DNA from: Minisyncoccia bacterium
GTDB lineage: Bacteria; Patescibacteriota; Minisyncoccia; Phycocordibacterales; SBAW01
DNA: 64,000 bases
Assembly: GCA_049997855.1 (NCBI GenBank)
Contig: JBEKSG010000004.1
Span: 2,607 to 66,606, forward strand
Reading direction: 5' to 3'
The notes beneath the pieces were generated by a model. The model was given only the letters and a program-made list of their open reading frames with translations, did no database searches and was not told the DNA's origin. A program made the translations under genes and the position numbers. Positions 20,035 through 30,482 of the stretch are shown here, piece by piece (position 1 is the first letter of the stretch; every line of letters begins with the position of its first letter).

Positions 20035-23000
20035 ATGCTTCTAAAAGAGGCTCAAAGTGCTATTATTTGCCTAATAATACGAAATTTCATGAATTCCGAT
20101 CTTACATTCATAACCAACGAGGATGGTCAGAACCTTAAGGAGAGGTTCGAAGTGTTAATTAAAGACACTAAGTTCTTTGACTGTCTGGTCGGGTACTTTT
20201 ATGCCAGCGGCTTCCACGCCGTATATAAGTCTCTAGAAAAGACGGAGAAAATCAGGATTCTTATTGGCATCAGCACTGATCCGCATACCTACGATTTGAT
20301 GCAGCAAGCGCAACCGGTAGCGCAGACTGCCTTGCAGTTCTCGAGTGCAGAGACGAAAGAAAAGCTTGGTGCAGTTGTCGAGCAGGAGATGGAATCTTCC
20401 GAGGACAACGCAATAACCGAGAATGGCGTTTCAAAATTCATTGAGTGGATACAGAGCGGTAAATTGGAGATTCGTGCATATCCATCGGAGAAAATCCATG
20501 CAAAGGTTTACATCATGACGTTTGGCGAGGGCGATCGCGACAAGGGTCGCGTTATCACCGGTTCAAGCAACTTTACGCAAGCGGGTTTCGTGGACAATCT
20601 AGAGTTCAATGTCGAACTCAAAAACAGTGCCGATTATGATTTTGCTTTGAGCAAATTCAACGAACTATGGAAAGATTCAGTGGATGTCAGTCAAAAATAT
20701 GTTGACACCATACAAACGAAAACGTGGCTCAGCGATAGCATTACCCCGTATGAACTGTATCTGAAATTCCTCTATGAATATTTCAAGGATGATCTAGGTA
20801 CCCACGATGAAGTGTTCCTTAAGTATCTTCCGATTGAATTCAAGAAACTTGAGTACCAAGAACAAGCCGTTCTTAATGCGAAGAAGATTCTTGATGAATA
20901 TGGCGGTGTATTTATTTCCGACGTCGTCGGTCTAGGTAAGACGTATATTTCGGCGATGCTCGGCGGCCAACTCGTGAATGAAGGCAGGATTCTCGTCATC
21001 GCTCCGCCGGTCCTGCTGGATAAGACCAATCCGGGGTCATGGCCGAACGTGTTTAGGGATTTCAACGTGCCGGCCACGTTCCGGTCTATTGGCGAACTCG
21101 ACAAGATCATCAAGGACGGTGTCGAACAGTATTCGCATCTGTTTGTTGATGAGGCACACCGCTTCCGTACCGAGAATAATGCGACGTATGAAAAGTTGGC
21201 CGAGATTTGTCGTGGGAAGAAGGTCGTCCTTGTAACCGCGACTCCGTACAACAACTCCCCAAGGGATATTTTGAGTCAGATCAAGCTTTTCCAGAAGGCT
21301 CGAAAGAGTACAGTCCCTAATTTGCCGGATCTCGAGCAATTCTTCGCCGGTCTCGAACGCAAGCTTAAAAATCTCGACCGCCAGAAAGATTATGACGAAT
21401 ACATCGCGGCCGTCAAAGAAAACGCGAAGGAAATCCGAGAGAAAGTACTCAAGTATTTGATGGTGCGTCGTACTCGCACGGAGATCACCAAATATTTTGC
21501 GGAAGATCTGGCCGCTCAGAAGCTGAAGTTCCCGGACATAGAAAAACCGGAAGCGACTTTCTATGAATTGAACGACGATGAGGATGTGATATTTACCAAG
21601 ACCATTGAGCTGCTGGCTAAGAACTTCAAGTACGCGCGGTACACCCCGATTCTTTACTACAAGGGTGAGGTCAGTCAGCCGGAGGAATTGGCCCAAAAGA
21701 ACATGGGCAAGTTTATGAAAATACTGCTCATCAAGCGTCTCGAAAGCAGCTTTCACGCATTCCAAAACTCACTCGGTCGCTTTATACATTCTTACGAGTC
21801 ATTTATATCGGAGATGGATAACGGCAACGTATATGTAAGCAAAAAGTACACGAATAAAATCTTTGAATTTCTTGCGGATGACAATGACGACGCTGTCGAA
21901 GCACTGATTAGCCAGGGTAAGGCTGATAGGTTACCCAGCAAGGATTTCCGAGCAGAGTTTAGAAAGGACTTGCAAAGCGATCTCGATATCTTGAAAGAGA
22001 TTCATCAGATGTGGATGAGCATCAAGCGCGACCCGAAGCTTTTGGCATTTATAGAAAAACTTTCCACCAACCCGATCCTTAAAAAGAGTAAGCTCATCAT
22101 ATTTACTGAATCAAAGGAGACGGCTGAATACCTCGCCAAGAATATCGATGCCAAGTTTCCGAATGAGACGCTCTGCTTTACTGGTGCCTCCAGCATGCTG
22201 GTCCGGGAACAGGTTATTGAGAATTTTGATGCCAAGGCCAGATTCCCGAAAGACGATTACCGAATTCTCGTCTGCACTGAAATATTGGCGGAAGGTGTGA
22301 ACTTACATCGTTCCAATGTCGTTATTAATTACGATATTCCTTGGAATCCGACCCGCATGATGCAACGGGTCGGTCGCGTCAACCGAGTCGATACCAAATT
22401 CGATAAGGTCTATACATTCAATTTCTTTCCTACTAAACAAGCCAACGACCAAATCAAGCTTCGTGAGGCGGCCGAGGCGAAAATCAGCGCATTCTTGTCC
22501 TTGCTTGGCGGCGATGCACATTTGCTCACCGAAAACGAGCCAATTGGATCCCACGAGCTGTTCAACCGCCTCACCTCAAAAGAAATTATTACCGGCGAGA
22601 ATGAGGACGAGGAGAGCGAACTCAAATATCTTCGTGTCATCAAGGATATTCGAGATAAAGACCCGGATACTTTTGAAAAAGTTAAGCGTTTACCCAAGAA
22701 GGCGCGAACAGCGAGAACGAACAAAGAGCATGTCGGGCAACTGATCTCATATTTTCGTCGTGGAAAGATACAAAAGTTCTTCGCAGCCACAGGCACTCGT
22801 TCTCAAGAATTGGATTTCATTTCCGCAGCTAAAATGCTTGAGTCTGCAAAAGACACGAAGCGGCAGAAAGTTGATAAGGATTTCTACTCCCTGCTTGAGG
22901 AAAACAAGAAGGCATTTATCTTTGCGACAACAGAAGAAATGCCGGAAGTAAAAATGCGCGGCGGGCGCGACAGCGCGACGCAAATCTTGAGGATTCTGAA

Positions 23001-23283
23001 GGCGACCATGAACGACCACCGACAATTTACCGAAGAACAGGAGCTTTATCTCAAAAAGGTCGTCACCCAGCTCGAGGAAGGCGGTTTGCCTAAACAAACC
23101 ACGAAGGTAACACTGCAGGCTCTTAATGATGAAATCAAAAAAAACATTAATCCGCTAAAGATTCTCTCGGTCCTGCAGAGTCACATCTCAGTGCGGCTTC
23201 TTGGAGGTCATTTTGCCGAAACTACCACCGACCACTTCGGTAAGCGAGAGGTTATTCTGTCAGAGTATTTGACGAACTTATGA
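20035..23283 (+). CDS. PLD-family nuclease / SNF2-type SF2 helicase fusion protein (probable start ATG 20089)
   Basis: N-terminal HxK..GSxN phospholipase-D motif (HAKVYIM..GSSNFT); Walker A GLGKT, DEAH box (FVDEAH), helicase C-terminal motif VI (QRVGRVNR). Confidence 0.8.
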   Translation: MLLKEAQSAIICLIIRNFMNSDLTFITNEDGQNLKERFEVLIKDTKFFDCLVGYFYASGFHAVYKSLEKTEKIRILIGISTDPHTYDLMQQAQPVAQTALQFSSAETKEKLGAVVEQEMESSEDNAITENGVSKFIEWIQSGKLEIRAYPSEKIHAKVYIMTFGEGDRDKGRVITGSSNFTQAGFVDNLEFNVELKNSADYDFALSKFNELWKDSVDVSQKYVDTIQTKTWLSDSITPYELYLKFLYEYFKDDLGTHDEVFLKYLPIEFKKLEYQEQAVLNAKKILDEYGGVFISDVVGLGKTYISAMLGGQLVNEGRILVIAPPVLLDKTNPGSWPNVFRDFNVPATFRSIGELDKIIKDGVEQYSHLFVDEAHRFRTENNATYEKLAEICRGKKVVLVTATPYNNSPRDILSQIKLFQKARKSTVPNLPDLEQFFAGLERKLKNLDRQKDYDEYIAAVKENAKEIREKVLKYLMVRRTRTEITKYFAEDLAAQKLKFPDIEKPEATFYELNDDEDVIFTKTIELLAKNFKYARYTPILYYKGEVSQPEELAQKNMGKFMKILLIKRLESSFHAFQNSLGRFIHSYESFISEMDNGNVYVSKKYTNKIFEFLADDNDDAVEALISQGKADRLPSKDFRAEFRKDLQSDLDILKEIHQMWMSIKRDPKLLAFIEKLSTNPILKKSKLIIFTESKETAEYLAKNIDAKFPNETLCFTGASSMLVREQVIENFDAKARFPKDDYRILVCTEILAEGVNLHRSNVVINYDIPWNPTRMMQRVGRVNRVDTKFDKVYTFNFFPTKQANDQIKLREAAEAKISAFLSLLGGDAHLLTENEPIGSHELFNRLTSKEIITGENEDEESELKYLRVIKDIRDKDPDTFEKVKRLPKKARTARTNKEHVGQLISYFRRGKIQKFFAATGTRSQELDFISAAKMLESAKDTKRQKVDKDFYSLLEENKKAFIFATTEEMPEVKMRGGRDSATQILRILKATMNDHRQFTEEQELYLKKVVTQLEEGGLPKQTTKVTLQALNDEIKKNINPLKILSVLQSHISVRLLGGHFAETTTDHFGKREVILSEYLTNL

Positions 23284-23284
23284 T

Positions 23285-26200
23285 ATGCAGAAAACACAGG
23301 CACAAAATCTTGTCAGAGACACTCTACAGAATGATTTCAATAAAGAGAAGTTTCTTTATTTTGTAAAAAACCTTCTCAATAGGGTCGATGATTCGAAGGC
23401 TTTTCTGGCACGCGGCTATGTGCCCGAGGCCTATACAAGCTACATTAAGACTTATGAGCGGCTTGCAACTTATACTGACCCTATCGGTAGTAAAGTAGAT
23501 ATCCTTATTGTCTATCTCCAAAAAGAAACGTCGCTTGAACGGGCTCGTACTGCCCAGCGTAATTTTGTTGCTCGGTATCTCAAGGAAAGGAACCAAAAGG
23601 ATGCCGGCCTTGTAGCCTTTGTCTCTCCAAACCTAGCCGATTGGCGCTTCTCGCTGGTGAAGATGGAATATAAGTTCACTGAGGACAAATCTGGCAAGAC
23701 AAAGGTTAAGGAAGAGTTTACTCCGGCAAAACGCTGGTCGTTTCTTGTCGGTAAGAATGAAAATAGTCATACCGCCCAGAGCCGCCTCGCTCCAATCATG
23801 GAAGACGATGAAGCTAACCCCACTCTTAAACAGCTCGAGGATGCTTTCAATATAGAAAAAGTCACCAAAGAATTCTTTGAAAAATATCGAGAAATATTCT
23901 TGCGTGTTCATGAGACTTTGAATGATGTCATCAGTCATCACCCAAATATTAAAGCTGATTTTGCTGAGAAAAATGTTAATACCGTAGATTTTTCAAAAAA
24001 ATTACTCGGCCAGATTGTGTTCCTCTACTTCTTGCAGAAAAAAGGTTGGTTCGGTGTGCCGATGAATAAAGGCTGGGGCGATGGCAACAAGAAATTCCTC
24101 CGGACTTTATTTGAAGAGGCGGCTGGTAAAGACAAAAACTATTTTAATGACTACCTTGAACCACTTTTCTATGAAGCTTTAGCTAAAGAACGAGACGATG
24201 ATTTTTATAGCCGATTTGAATGTAAAATACCGTTCCTAAACGGCGGCCTCTTTGACCCAATCAACAACTACGATTGGGTAAATACTGCCATTGATTTACC
24301 TAACGATATTTTTTCAAATACTCGAAAAACCAAAGACGGCGACATTGGCGACGGCATTCTGGATATATTTGATCGCTATAACTTTACTGTTAAAGAAGAT
24401 GAGCCGCTGGAAAAAGAGGTGGCTGTAGACCCGGAAATGCTCGGTAAAGTGTTTGAGAACCTCTTGGAAGTCAAAGACCGTAAATCCAAAGGCACTTACT
24501 ATACGCCACGCGAGATCGTTCATTATATGTGCGAGCAGAGTTTGGTTAACTATCTATCTACTGAACTCGACGGCAAGGTCGCAAAAGAAGATTTAGAGAT
24601 GCTTGTGAAGATTGGCGAAAATGTAGCAGAGCATGAAGCCATATACGTGGCTAAAAAGAAGGACAACCCGGATTATGAGGGGCCGTACGATCAAATATTG
24701 CCAGAATCCATAGAGAAATTCGCCAAAGACATTGACCAAAAACTGGCCGATATCAAAGTTTGCGATCCGGCCATCGGCTCCGGCGCTTTTCCGGTTGGTA
24801 TGATGAATGTCATTGTTAAGGTCCGTATGGTGCTTTCGAGCTACCTCAAAAACAAAAACCGGAGCCTATACAATTTCAAACGCGATTGCATTCAGAATTC
24901 TCTTTATGGTGTGGATATTGATCCGGGTGCGGTTGAGATTGCTAAGTTACGGCTGTGGCTTTCTTTGATAGTTGACGAAGATGATATCAAGCAGATCAAG
25001 CCATTGCCGAACTTGGATTATAAAATAATGCAAGGAAATAGTCTGCTTGAGGAATTTGAAGGTATCAAGCTCTTTGATGAAAAACTTCTTGAAGCACAAA
25101 TTATTGACTCAAGAATTTTTGATCCCTTTAATCAAAAGATATCATCTCTACAAAGTGAACTCTTAAAACATTATATAAAAAACTCCGAGTGGCTGAAAAA
25201 TAAAGATGCGGATAGGCCACAGGAAGTGCGAGATCTTGAGGGGCAGTTGCGGGAACTTCTGAAAACAAAAAAACTCTTTAAAGATAAGGGCTTTGAGCAA
25301 AAAGACTTATTTGCCAATGCAATAGAATCCAGACAAATCCACGATGAGCTGGAAAGATTGCACAAGAAGTTTTTTGAGGAAACTAATAAAAACCAAAAAG
25401 ATACATTAAAGCAGCAAATCGAAAAGTTGGAATGGGAACTTATTGAAGCAACGCTCAAAGAGCAGGGCAAGATCTCTGCCCTCAAAAAGCTCCAGGAATT
25501 TAAACGTTCAAACACCAAACCATTTTTCCTATGGAAGCTCAATTTTGCCGAAGTGTTCGAGGAGAAAGGCGGCTTCGATGTGGTGATTGCAAATCCACCG
25601 TACGTTGGGGAAAGTGGAAACAAGGAAATATTCAGGCCAATTGCAAAAGGAAATTTAGAAAGATTTTATAAGGGGAAAATGGATCTTTTTTACTTCTTTT
25701 TTCATCTTGCTCTCAATCTTGGTAAACCATCCTCGCTGTGTGCATTTATTTCTACAAATTATTTTATAACCGCATCTGGCGCTAGCAATCTCAGGTCTGA
25801 CTTAAGAGAAAGGGCTGTAATTAATAATCTCGTAAATTTTAATGAACTAAGAATATTTGAATCGGCACTTGGGCAACACAATATGATTACCATCTTCAGT
25901 AAAGATCTAAATAAGGAAACTTCCGCTCATACTTGTATTACACGAAGATCTGGGTTAGCGAACGGAGAAATATTAAATAAAGTATTTTCCGGTGAAGACA
26001 AGGATTCAGATTACTACTCTGTGAAGCAGGAGCAACTTTATGATGGTATAGAAAATTACATACGTCTTAGTGGTATCGGAAATACAGAAAACCCAATAGA
26101 AAAAGTGTTAGAAAAGATGAAAGAACAAGGAACTATTCTAAAGGATGTTTGTGAAATCAATCAAGGGTTGGTAACCGGAGCAAATAAGGTCAGTTTGAAA

Positions 26201-26965
26201 CACATAAAAAAATATAAAATTGAGGCAGGGGTTGGAGATGGGATTTTTGTGTTAAGCAAAGAAGAAATAAAAAACCTTAATTTAACTAAAGATGAGAAAC
26301 GGATTTTAAGGCCGTGGTTTAAAAATAGCGATGTTTATAGATGGAGCACAAATATTGATAGTAGTGAGAGCGTTATGTATCTAGGTAGAAGTGAAAAAAG
26401 CATTGGATCTAACATGGAAGGACATTTGCAAAGATATATTGAACTATTGAATCACCGACGAGAGGTCGAAAATGAAGTTATTAAATGGTGGCAACTTCAA
26501 TGGCCAAGAGAAGAAACTATTTTCGATGAAGCCAAAATAGTGGCACCTTATAGGAGCAAGACTAATACATTTGGTTATAACGAGGTTCCTTGGTATGCAG
26601 CCTCTGACGTATACTTTTTGACGCAGAAAGATAAACAGATTTCATTGAAATATATTTTAGGATTACTAAATTCAAAATTATATCGCCTATGGCTTTACCA
26701 ACGAGGGAAAAGAAAAGGAGAAATATTAGAATTATTTTACCAACCACTCTCTGAAATTCCAGTTAAGAAATGTTTACAAGATGACCAAAAACCATTTATT
26801 GATCTCGCTGAAAAAATTCTCAAAATCACTAAATCGGATGACTACCTAAAGAATGCCGAAAAACGAGCAATAGTCCAAGACCTTGAACATCAAATAGATA
26901 AACTAGTATATAAACTTTACGGCCTCACTGAAAACGAGATTAAGATTGTGGAAAAAGAATTATGA
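23285..26965 (+). CDS. Large gamma-class N6-adenine DNA methyltransferase, PglX/Eco57I/DrmMI-like (1226 aa)
   Basis: Motif X GTYYTP, motif I DPAIGSGAFP, motif IV NPPY (VIANPPYVG), long C-terminal specificity region; 2-nt gap from helicase gene. Confidence 0.85.
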   Translation: MQKTQAQNLVRDTLQNDFNKEKFLYFVKNLLNRVDDSKAFLARGYVPEAYTSYIKTYERLATYTDPIGSKVDILIVYLQKETSLERARTAQRNFVARYLKERNQKDAGLVAFVSPNLADWRFSLVKMEYKFTEDKSGKTKVKEEFTPAKRWSFLVGKNENSHTAQSRLAPIMEDDEANPTLKQLEDAFNIEKVTKEFFEKYREIFLRVHETLNDVISHHPNIKADFAEKNVNTVDFSKKLLGQIVFLYFLQKKGWFGVPMNKGWGDGNKKFLRTLFEEAAGKDKNYFNDYLEPLFYEALAKERDDDFYSRFECKIPFLNGGLFDPINNYDWVNTAIDLPNDIFSNTRKTKDGDIGDGILDIFDRYNFTVKEDEPLEKEVAVDPEMLGKVFENLLEVKDRKSKGTYYTPREIVHYMCEQSLVNYLSTELDGKVAKEDLEMLVKIGENVAEHEAIYVAKKKDNPDYEGPYDQILPESIEKFAKDIDQKLADIKVCDPAIGSGAFPVGMMNVIVKVRMVLSSYLKNKNRSLYNFKRDCIQNSLYGVDIDPGAVEIAKLRLWLSLIVDEDDIKQIKPLPNLDYKIMQGNSLLEEFEGIKLFDEKLLEAQIIDSRIFDPFNQKISSLQSELLKHYIKNSEWLKNKDADRPQEVRDLEGQLRELLKTKKLFKDKGFEQKDLFANAIESRQIHDELERLHKKFFEETNKNQKDTLKQQIEKLEWELIEATLKEQGKISALKKLQEFKRSNTKPFFLWKLNFAEVFEEKGGFDVVIANPPYVGESGNKEIFRPIAKGNLERFYKGKMDLFYFFFHLALNLGKPSSLCAFISTNYFITASGASNLRSDLRERAVINNLVNFNELRIFESALGQHNMITIFSKDLNKETSAHTCITRRSGLANGEILNKVFSGEDKDSDYYSVKQEQLYDGIENYIRLSGIGNTENPIEKVLEKMKEQGTILKDVCEINQGLVTGANKVSLKHIKKYKIEAGVGDGIFVLSKEEIKNLNLTKDEKRILRPWFKNSDVYRWSTNIDSSESVMYLGRSEKSIGSNMEGHLQRYIELLNHRREVENEVIKWWQLQWPREETIFDEAKIVAPYRSKTNTFGYNEVPWYAASDVYFLTQKDKQISLKYILGLLNSKLYRLWLYQRGKRKGEILELFYQPLSEIPVKKCLQDDQKPFIDLAEKILKITKSDDYLKNAEKRAIVQDLEHQIDKLVYKLYGLTENEIKIVEKEL

Positions 26966-27312
26966 AAACCGTATTTATAGGGCATCCGGTCGGCGGCGAT
27001 ATAAAGGGCAATATCGAGAAAGTTTTAAAGATATGCTCGGAGGTGCACACGAAGGATATTATTCCGGTTGCCCCCTATCTTATATCGCTTCAATATCTTA
27101 ACGACGAATTGATCGAAGACCGGGAACTTGGCATGGAGGCCAACCATGAATGTTTTCGCCGCCGATATGTTGATGAGCTTTGGTTGTTTGGCGATACAAT
27201 ATCCCCGGGAATGGAGAAAGAAATTTTACTCGCGAAGGAAATGGGCATCCCAATCGTCCCAAAGACCGAGGGTGCAAAGCGAGATTTGAGCAAGCTCACT
27301 GGTGTAGAATAA
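26962..27312 (+). CDS. DUF4406-like (nucleoside 2-deoxyribosyltransferase-like fold) protein
   Basis: MKTVFIGHPVGGD.. N-terminus typical of DUF4406; ATGA overlap with MTase gene. Confidence 0.4.
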   Translation: MKTVFIGHPVGGDIKGNIEKVLKICSEVHTKDIIPVAPYLISLQYLNDELIEDRELGMEANHECFRRRYVDELWLFGDTISPGMEKEILLAKEMGIPIVPKTEGAKRDLSKLTGVE

Positions 27313-27316
27313 ATTT

Positions 27317-27448
27317 ATGGACGAGGAACTTTTTGAACTGGCAAAAGAGAACGACCTAACGCTTGATGAGGCGCAGGAGGTTCAGGATCTTGCTGATGAG
27401 ACAGGGTTAGATCTAGAAGAAGCCTTAGAGCTCTGGCAGGAGCAGTAG
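27317..27448 (+). CDS. 43-aa highly acidic small protein, copy 1 (MDEELFELAKENDLTLDEAQEVQDLADETGLDLEEALELWQEQ)
   Basis: Not in ORF track (<60 aa); a second copy at 61931 differs mainly at synonymous sites, implying a selected protein. Confidence 0.5.
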   Translation: MDEELFELAKENDLTLDEAQEVQDLADETGLDLEEALELWQEQ

Positions 27449-27495
27449 TCTGCGGTAATAAAGACAATTTCCTCGAAAAGTGTTATAATATACCT

Positions 27496-28281
27496 ATGAA
27501 GTCATTCCGAGTTTTAGCACAGCCACTTTTCGGCGAGGAGGAAAGAAGGGAATATTTCGTGGATGCCGAGGATGAGGAAGACGCAAAAAAGCTCGGTTTC
27601 GAGAAAATGTTTGCGCGTGAAAGCAAGGATGCGCTGCTCGATAGCCCTAGCCAAATGTTCACCGCCGAAGAAATAACCTTCAGGCCTCGTAGGCTTTCCG
27701 ATCTAATCGACAACATCGAATACTACGTTACGAAAATGCGAAAGACGGAGGATATGGATGTCATTCCCGAAATGCTCAGGCAGTACGCTCTAAATTATTT
27801 TAGGGACGTGCCGTTGGACGATGATGCCCTGCAGGCGGTCGCAATCTTCACGATGGATAAGACCTACCGCGTAGCGGCATACCTGGAAATATTTGATAAC
27901 TACACCAGAGCGTATTTTGCAAAAGTGATTCCCCACATTTGGGATTACCTACACCGCAGAGGACTTCCCGTTTTTTATATTGTCGACAATACGTTCCGAA
28001 ACGACGGAAGGTTTGAAGCTATTACTGAGATGTTCAAGCTCACAGGTATAACCGTAGTATCTCCTTATGACGGAGAAGGTACCCTAGAATACGAAGCTGT
28101 GGGTCGACAGATCAAGGAGGCTGTGGCGGCAAAAATGATTGTCATGTATATCGAGAAGGATGCCCGAGTTAATTACCTCGACCGAGTCAAAGAATTGGCG
28201 ACGAAGTCAAACTACCTCTGCATCTTCAGAAGCAAAGCGTCCGCGAACCACTTGATCGAGATATTAAAGAACCATTCTTAG
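27496..28281 (+). CDS. Hypothetical protein (261 aa)
   Basis: Intact ORF in AT-rich island; no motif recognised. Confidence 0.35.
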   Translation: MKSFRVLAQPLFGEEERREYFVDAEDEEDAKKLGFEKMFARESKDALLDSPSQMFTAEEITFRPRRLSDLIDNIEYYVTKMRKTEDMDVIPEMLRQYALNYFRDVPLDDDALQAVAIFTMDKTYRVAAYLEIFDNYTRAYFAKVIPHIWDYLHRRGLPVFYIVDNTFRNDGRFEAITEMFKLTGITVVSPYDGEGTLEYEAVGRQIKEAVAAKMIVMYIEKDARVNYLDRVKELATKSNYLCIFRSKASANHLIEILKNHS

Positions 28282-28350
28282 ACCTCAATTGGTTAATGTT
28301 GATAGCCCCTTCACAACGTGCTAAATCTAAACTAACATCCTCATACTATT

Positions 28351-29640
28351 ATGACTACAATTACATGCACTAAGTGTGGCGCGGAAATTGAGCTCTCGGA
28401 AGCCCTAACAAAAGACATCGAGAAAACAGTTCTCATTGCCGAGCACAAAAAGCACGAGGCTGAACTGGAGACAGTCAGAAAAGAGGCAGCCGCTAGTGCT
28501 CAAAAGAGTGCTGAATCGACGCTGGAAATTGAAAGAAAAAAGCTTGCACATGAGGCTGATGCTGCAAAAAAAGCTGCGGATGCAGAAATTGAAATTGCAA
28601 AAAAGAAGTTTGAGGCTGAGACGCTTGCGGTAAAAAAGAAAGCATCAGCCGAGAATGATCTCATAATAAAGGAATTGAAAGCTGAAGCAGAAGGTGATAA
28701 AAAATCAAATGGAGAACTCCGTGAGAAACTGAGCGAGTTGATGACGGAGTTGAGAGAAGAGCGCAAAGCTAAGGAAAACGCTGAGTTGGAAATGCAGGAG
28801 AGAATGGCGAAAGAAGAAACAAAAATTCGCGAAGAGGCTACAAAAAATGCTGATGAAAAGTATCGTTTTAAATTGGCGGAAAGTGACAAGAAATTATCAG
28901 ATACACAGAAGGCGTTAGACGAAGCTCAAAGAAAAGCGGCCCAAGGGTCTCAACAACTTCAAGGGGAAGTATTAGAGCTTGATATGGAACAGGCCCTAAG
29001 GGACGAATTTCGTGATGATATTATCGATCCTATTGGCAAGGGAGTAAAAGGAAGTGACATCCGGCAAACTGTTCGAAGTCCAAGAGAGTCAGAATGTGGA
29101 ATCATTTTGTGGGAATGCAAAAGTCACAAGAACTGGAAAGAGGAATGGATACAGACTGCCAAAGAGAATTTGCGGTCCGCTAAAGCAAACATTCCTGTCA
29201 TTGTAAGCAATATAATGCCTAAACAAATTTCTGGAGACATTGGAAATACCAATGGTGTTTGGGTTTGCAAGCCAAGTTCCATGGTGATTCTCGCAACATT
29301 GCTCCGTAAGGGATTACTAGACGTCGGTCTTCAAAAAGCCCTCGCTCAAAATCGCGGTACGAAAGCGGATGCGCTTTTTGGTTTCGTGACTAGTCACGAA
29401 TTTGTGCATCAAGTGGAGGCGATGATAGAAACCTATACTGAAATGAGAGCACAGGTGTTGAAAGAGCGCACTGCATACGAGAAATTTTGGGCTCAAAGAG
29501 AAGCACAGGCACAGAGACTTCTCATGGGAACTGCAAACATTATTGGGGGAATGGCGGGGCACATTGGTGCGACGGCAATGCCAAAAATCAAAGGGTTGGA
29601 ACTACTCGAGGGTGGCAATACAGAACCAGAGGCTGAATAA
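28351..29640 (+). CDS. Zinc-ribbon + long coiled-coil protein (DUF2130-like)
   Basis: N-terminal CTKCG zinc-ribbon-like motif, ~200-aa Lys/Glu-rich coiled coil, conserved C-terminal globular region. Confidence 0.35.
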   Translation: MTTITCTKCGAEIELSEALTKDIEKTVLIAEHKKHEAELETVRKEAAASAQKSAESTLEIERKKLAHEADAAKKAADAEIEIAKKKFEAETLAVKKKASAENDLIIKELKAEAEGDKKSNGELREKLSELMTELREERKAKENAELEMQERMAKEETKIREEATKNADEKYRFKLAESDKKLSDTQKALDEAQRKAAQGSQQLQGEVLELDMEQALRDEFRDDIIDPIGKGVKGSDIRQTVRSPRESECGIILWECKSHKNWKEEWIQTAKENLRSAKANIPVIVSNIMPKQISGDIGNTNGVWVCKPSSMVILATLLRKGLLDVGLQKALAQNRGTKADALFGFVTSHEFVHQVEAMIETYTEMRAQVLKERTAYEKFWAQREAQAQRLLMGTANIIGGMAGHIGATAMPKIKGLELLEGGNTEPEAE

Positions 29641-29672
29641 CTCCCGAGCCGCGTCAAGTTAAAAAAAACTCT

Positions 29673-30287
29673 ATGCCACTCAAATTAAGAAAATATAAAA
29701 ATGCTTGCATAAAACTAAACGGGGGTAATCCCGTTTTTATACCTGAGTCAGATCCAAAAAATGGGACGGGCAAGATAAACATAATGTTTATTAATGAAAG
29801 GCCCGGTCCTAAAACTAGAGGAACGGATCTTGTGTGTTTTGATAATCCTGATCCGACAGCAAGACTGTTTAAACATCTTTTTGAAAAAACTTTTGGTCTA
29901 GAATATCGTAGCCATATCTTTATAACAAACGCAGTAATTTGGGTTCCCGACGAAGCAAAACCAAGAAATTACAAACCCACAAACAAGGAATTGCGAGACA
30001 GTCTGCCAATTTTAAAGAATCAAATAGAAACAATTAAACCAAAGCTGATCGTTTCGTTGGGTAATAGTGCTTTATACTCACTGAAGAGATTGTATTCAGA
30101 ATCTCAAAAACTCAAAGGATATAAACTTACTAATGATATAGGGAAAGTAATAACAGACACACCAATTAGTATTTATCCGGCGTTCCATACTTCGTCTTTA
30201 GGACAGGTCACAAGAAATAAGAAACAGCAGGAAAAAGATTGGCTAAAAATGAGAGGCTTAATCACTACCACCCCATCTAACCCCTAA
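29673..30287 (+). CDS. Uracil-DNA glycosylase superfamily-like protein
   Basis: ERPGP..G motif A-like and AFHTSS motif B-like spacing resembling family 4/5 UDGs; weak. Confidence 0.3.
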   Translation: MPLKLRKYKNACIKLNGGNPVFIPESDPKNGTGKINIMFINERPGPKTRGTDLVCFDNPDPTARLFKHLFEKTFGLEYRSHIFITNAVIWVPDEAKPRNYKPTNKELRDSLPILKNQIETIKPKLIVSLGNSALYSLKRLYSESQKLKGYKLTNDIGKVITDTPISIYPAFHTSSLGQVTRNKKQQEKDWLKMRGLITTTPSNP

Positions 30288-30290
30288 CAT

Positions 30291-30482
30291 ATGAAAAAGG
30301 ACAAGGAGATTAAGATCGTGTATCACTATATCGAGCCCAAAACCGAGGAAGAATCACAGGAGGCAGAGCGGCGCTTGGATGCTGCTTTTGACATCCTTTT
30401 TGAAGCCGTTGAGAGGAAAAACAATAAAAAATTAATCGTTCAGGACACGTCGTCTGGTGAATCTGAAAGACCCACTCTATGA
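30291..30482 (+). CDS. Small hypothetical protein (63 aa)
   Basis: ORF only. Confidence 0.2.
   Translation: MKKDKEIKIVYHYIEPKTEEESQEAERRLDAAFDILFEAVERKNNKKLIVQDTSSGESERPTL

Noticed and set aside
23324-25623. Small antisense or alternative-frame ORFs inside the methyltransferase gene (23324..23596-, 23633..23941-, 24314..24523-, 25171..25623-)
   Set aside because: These lie within a continuous 1226-aa ORF with ordered MTase motifs. They are Ser/Phe-rich low-complexity translations of AT-rich antisense DNA.
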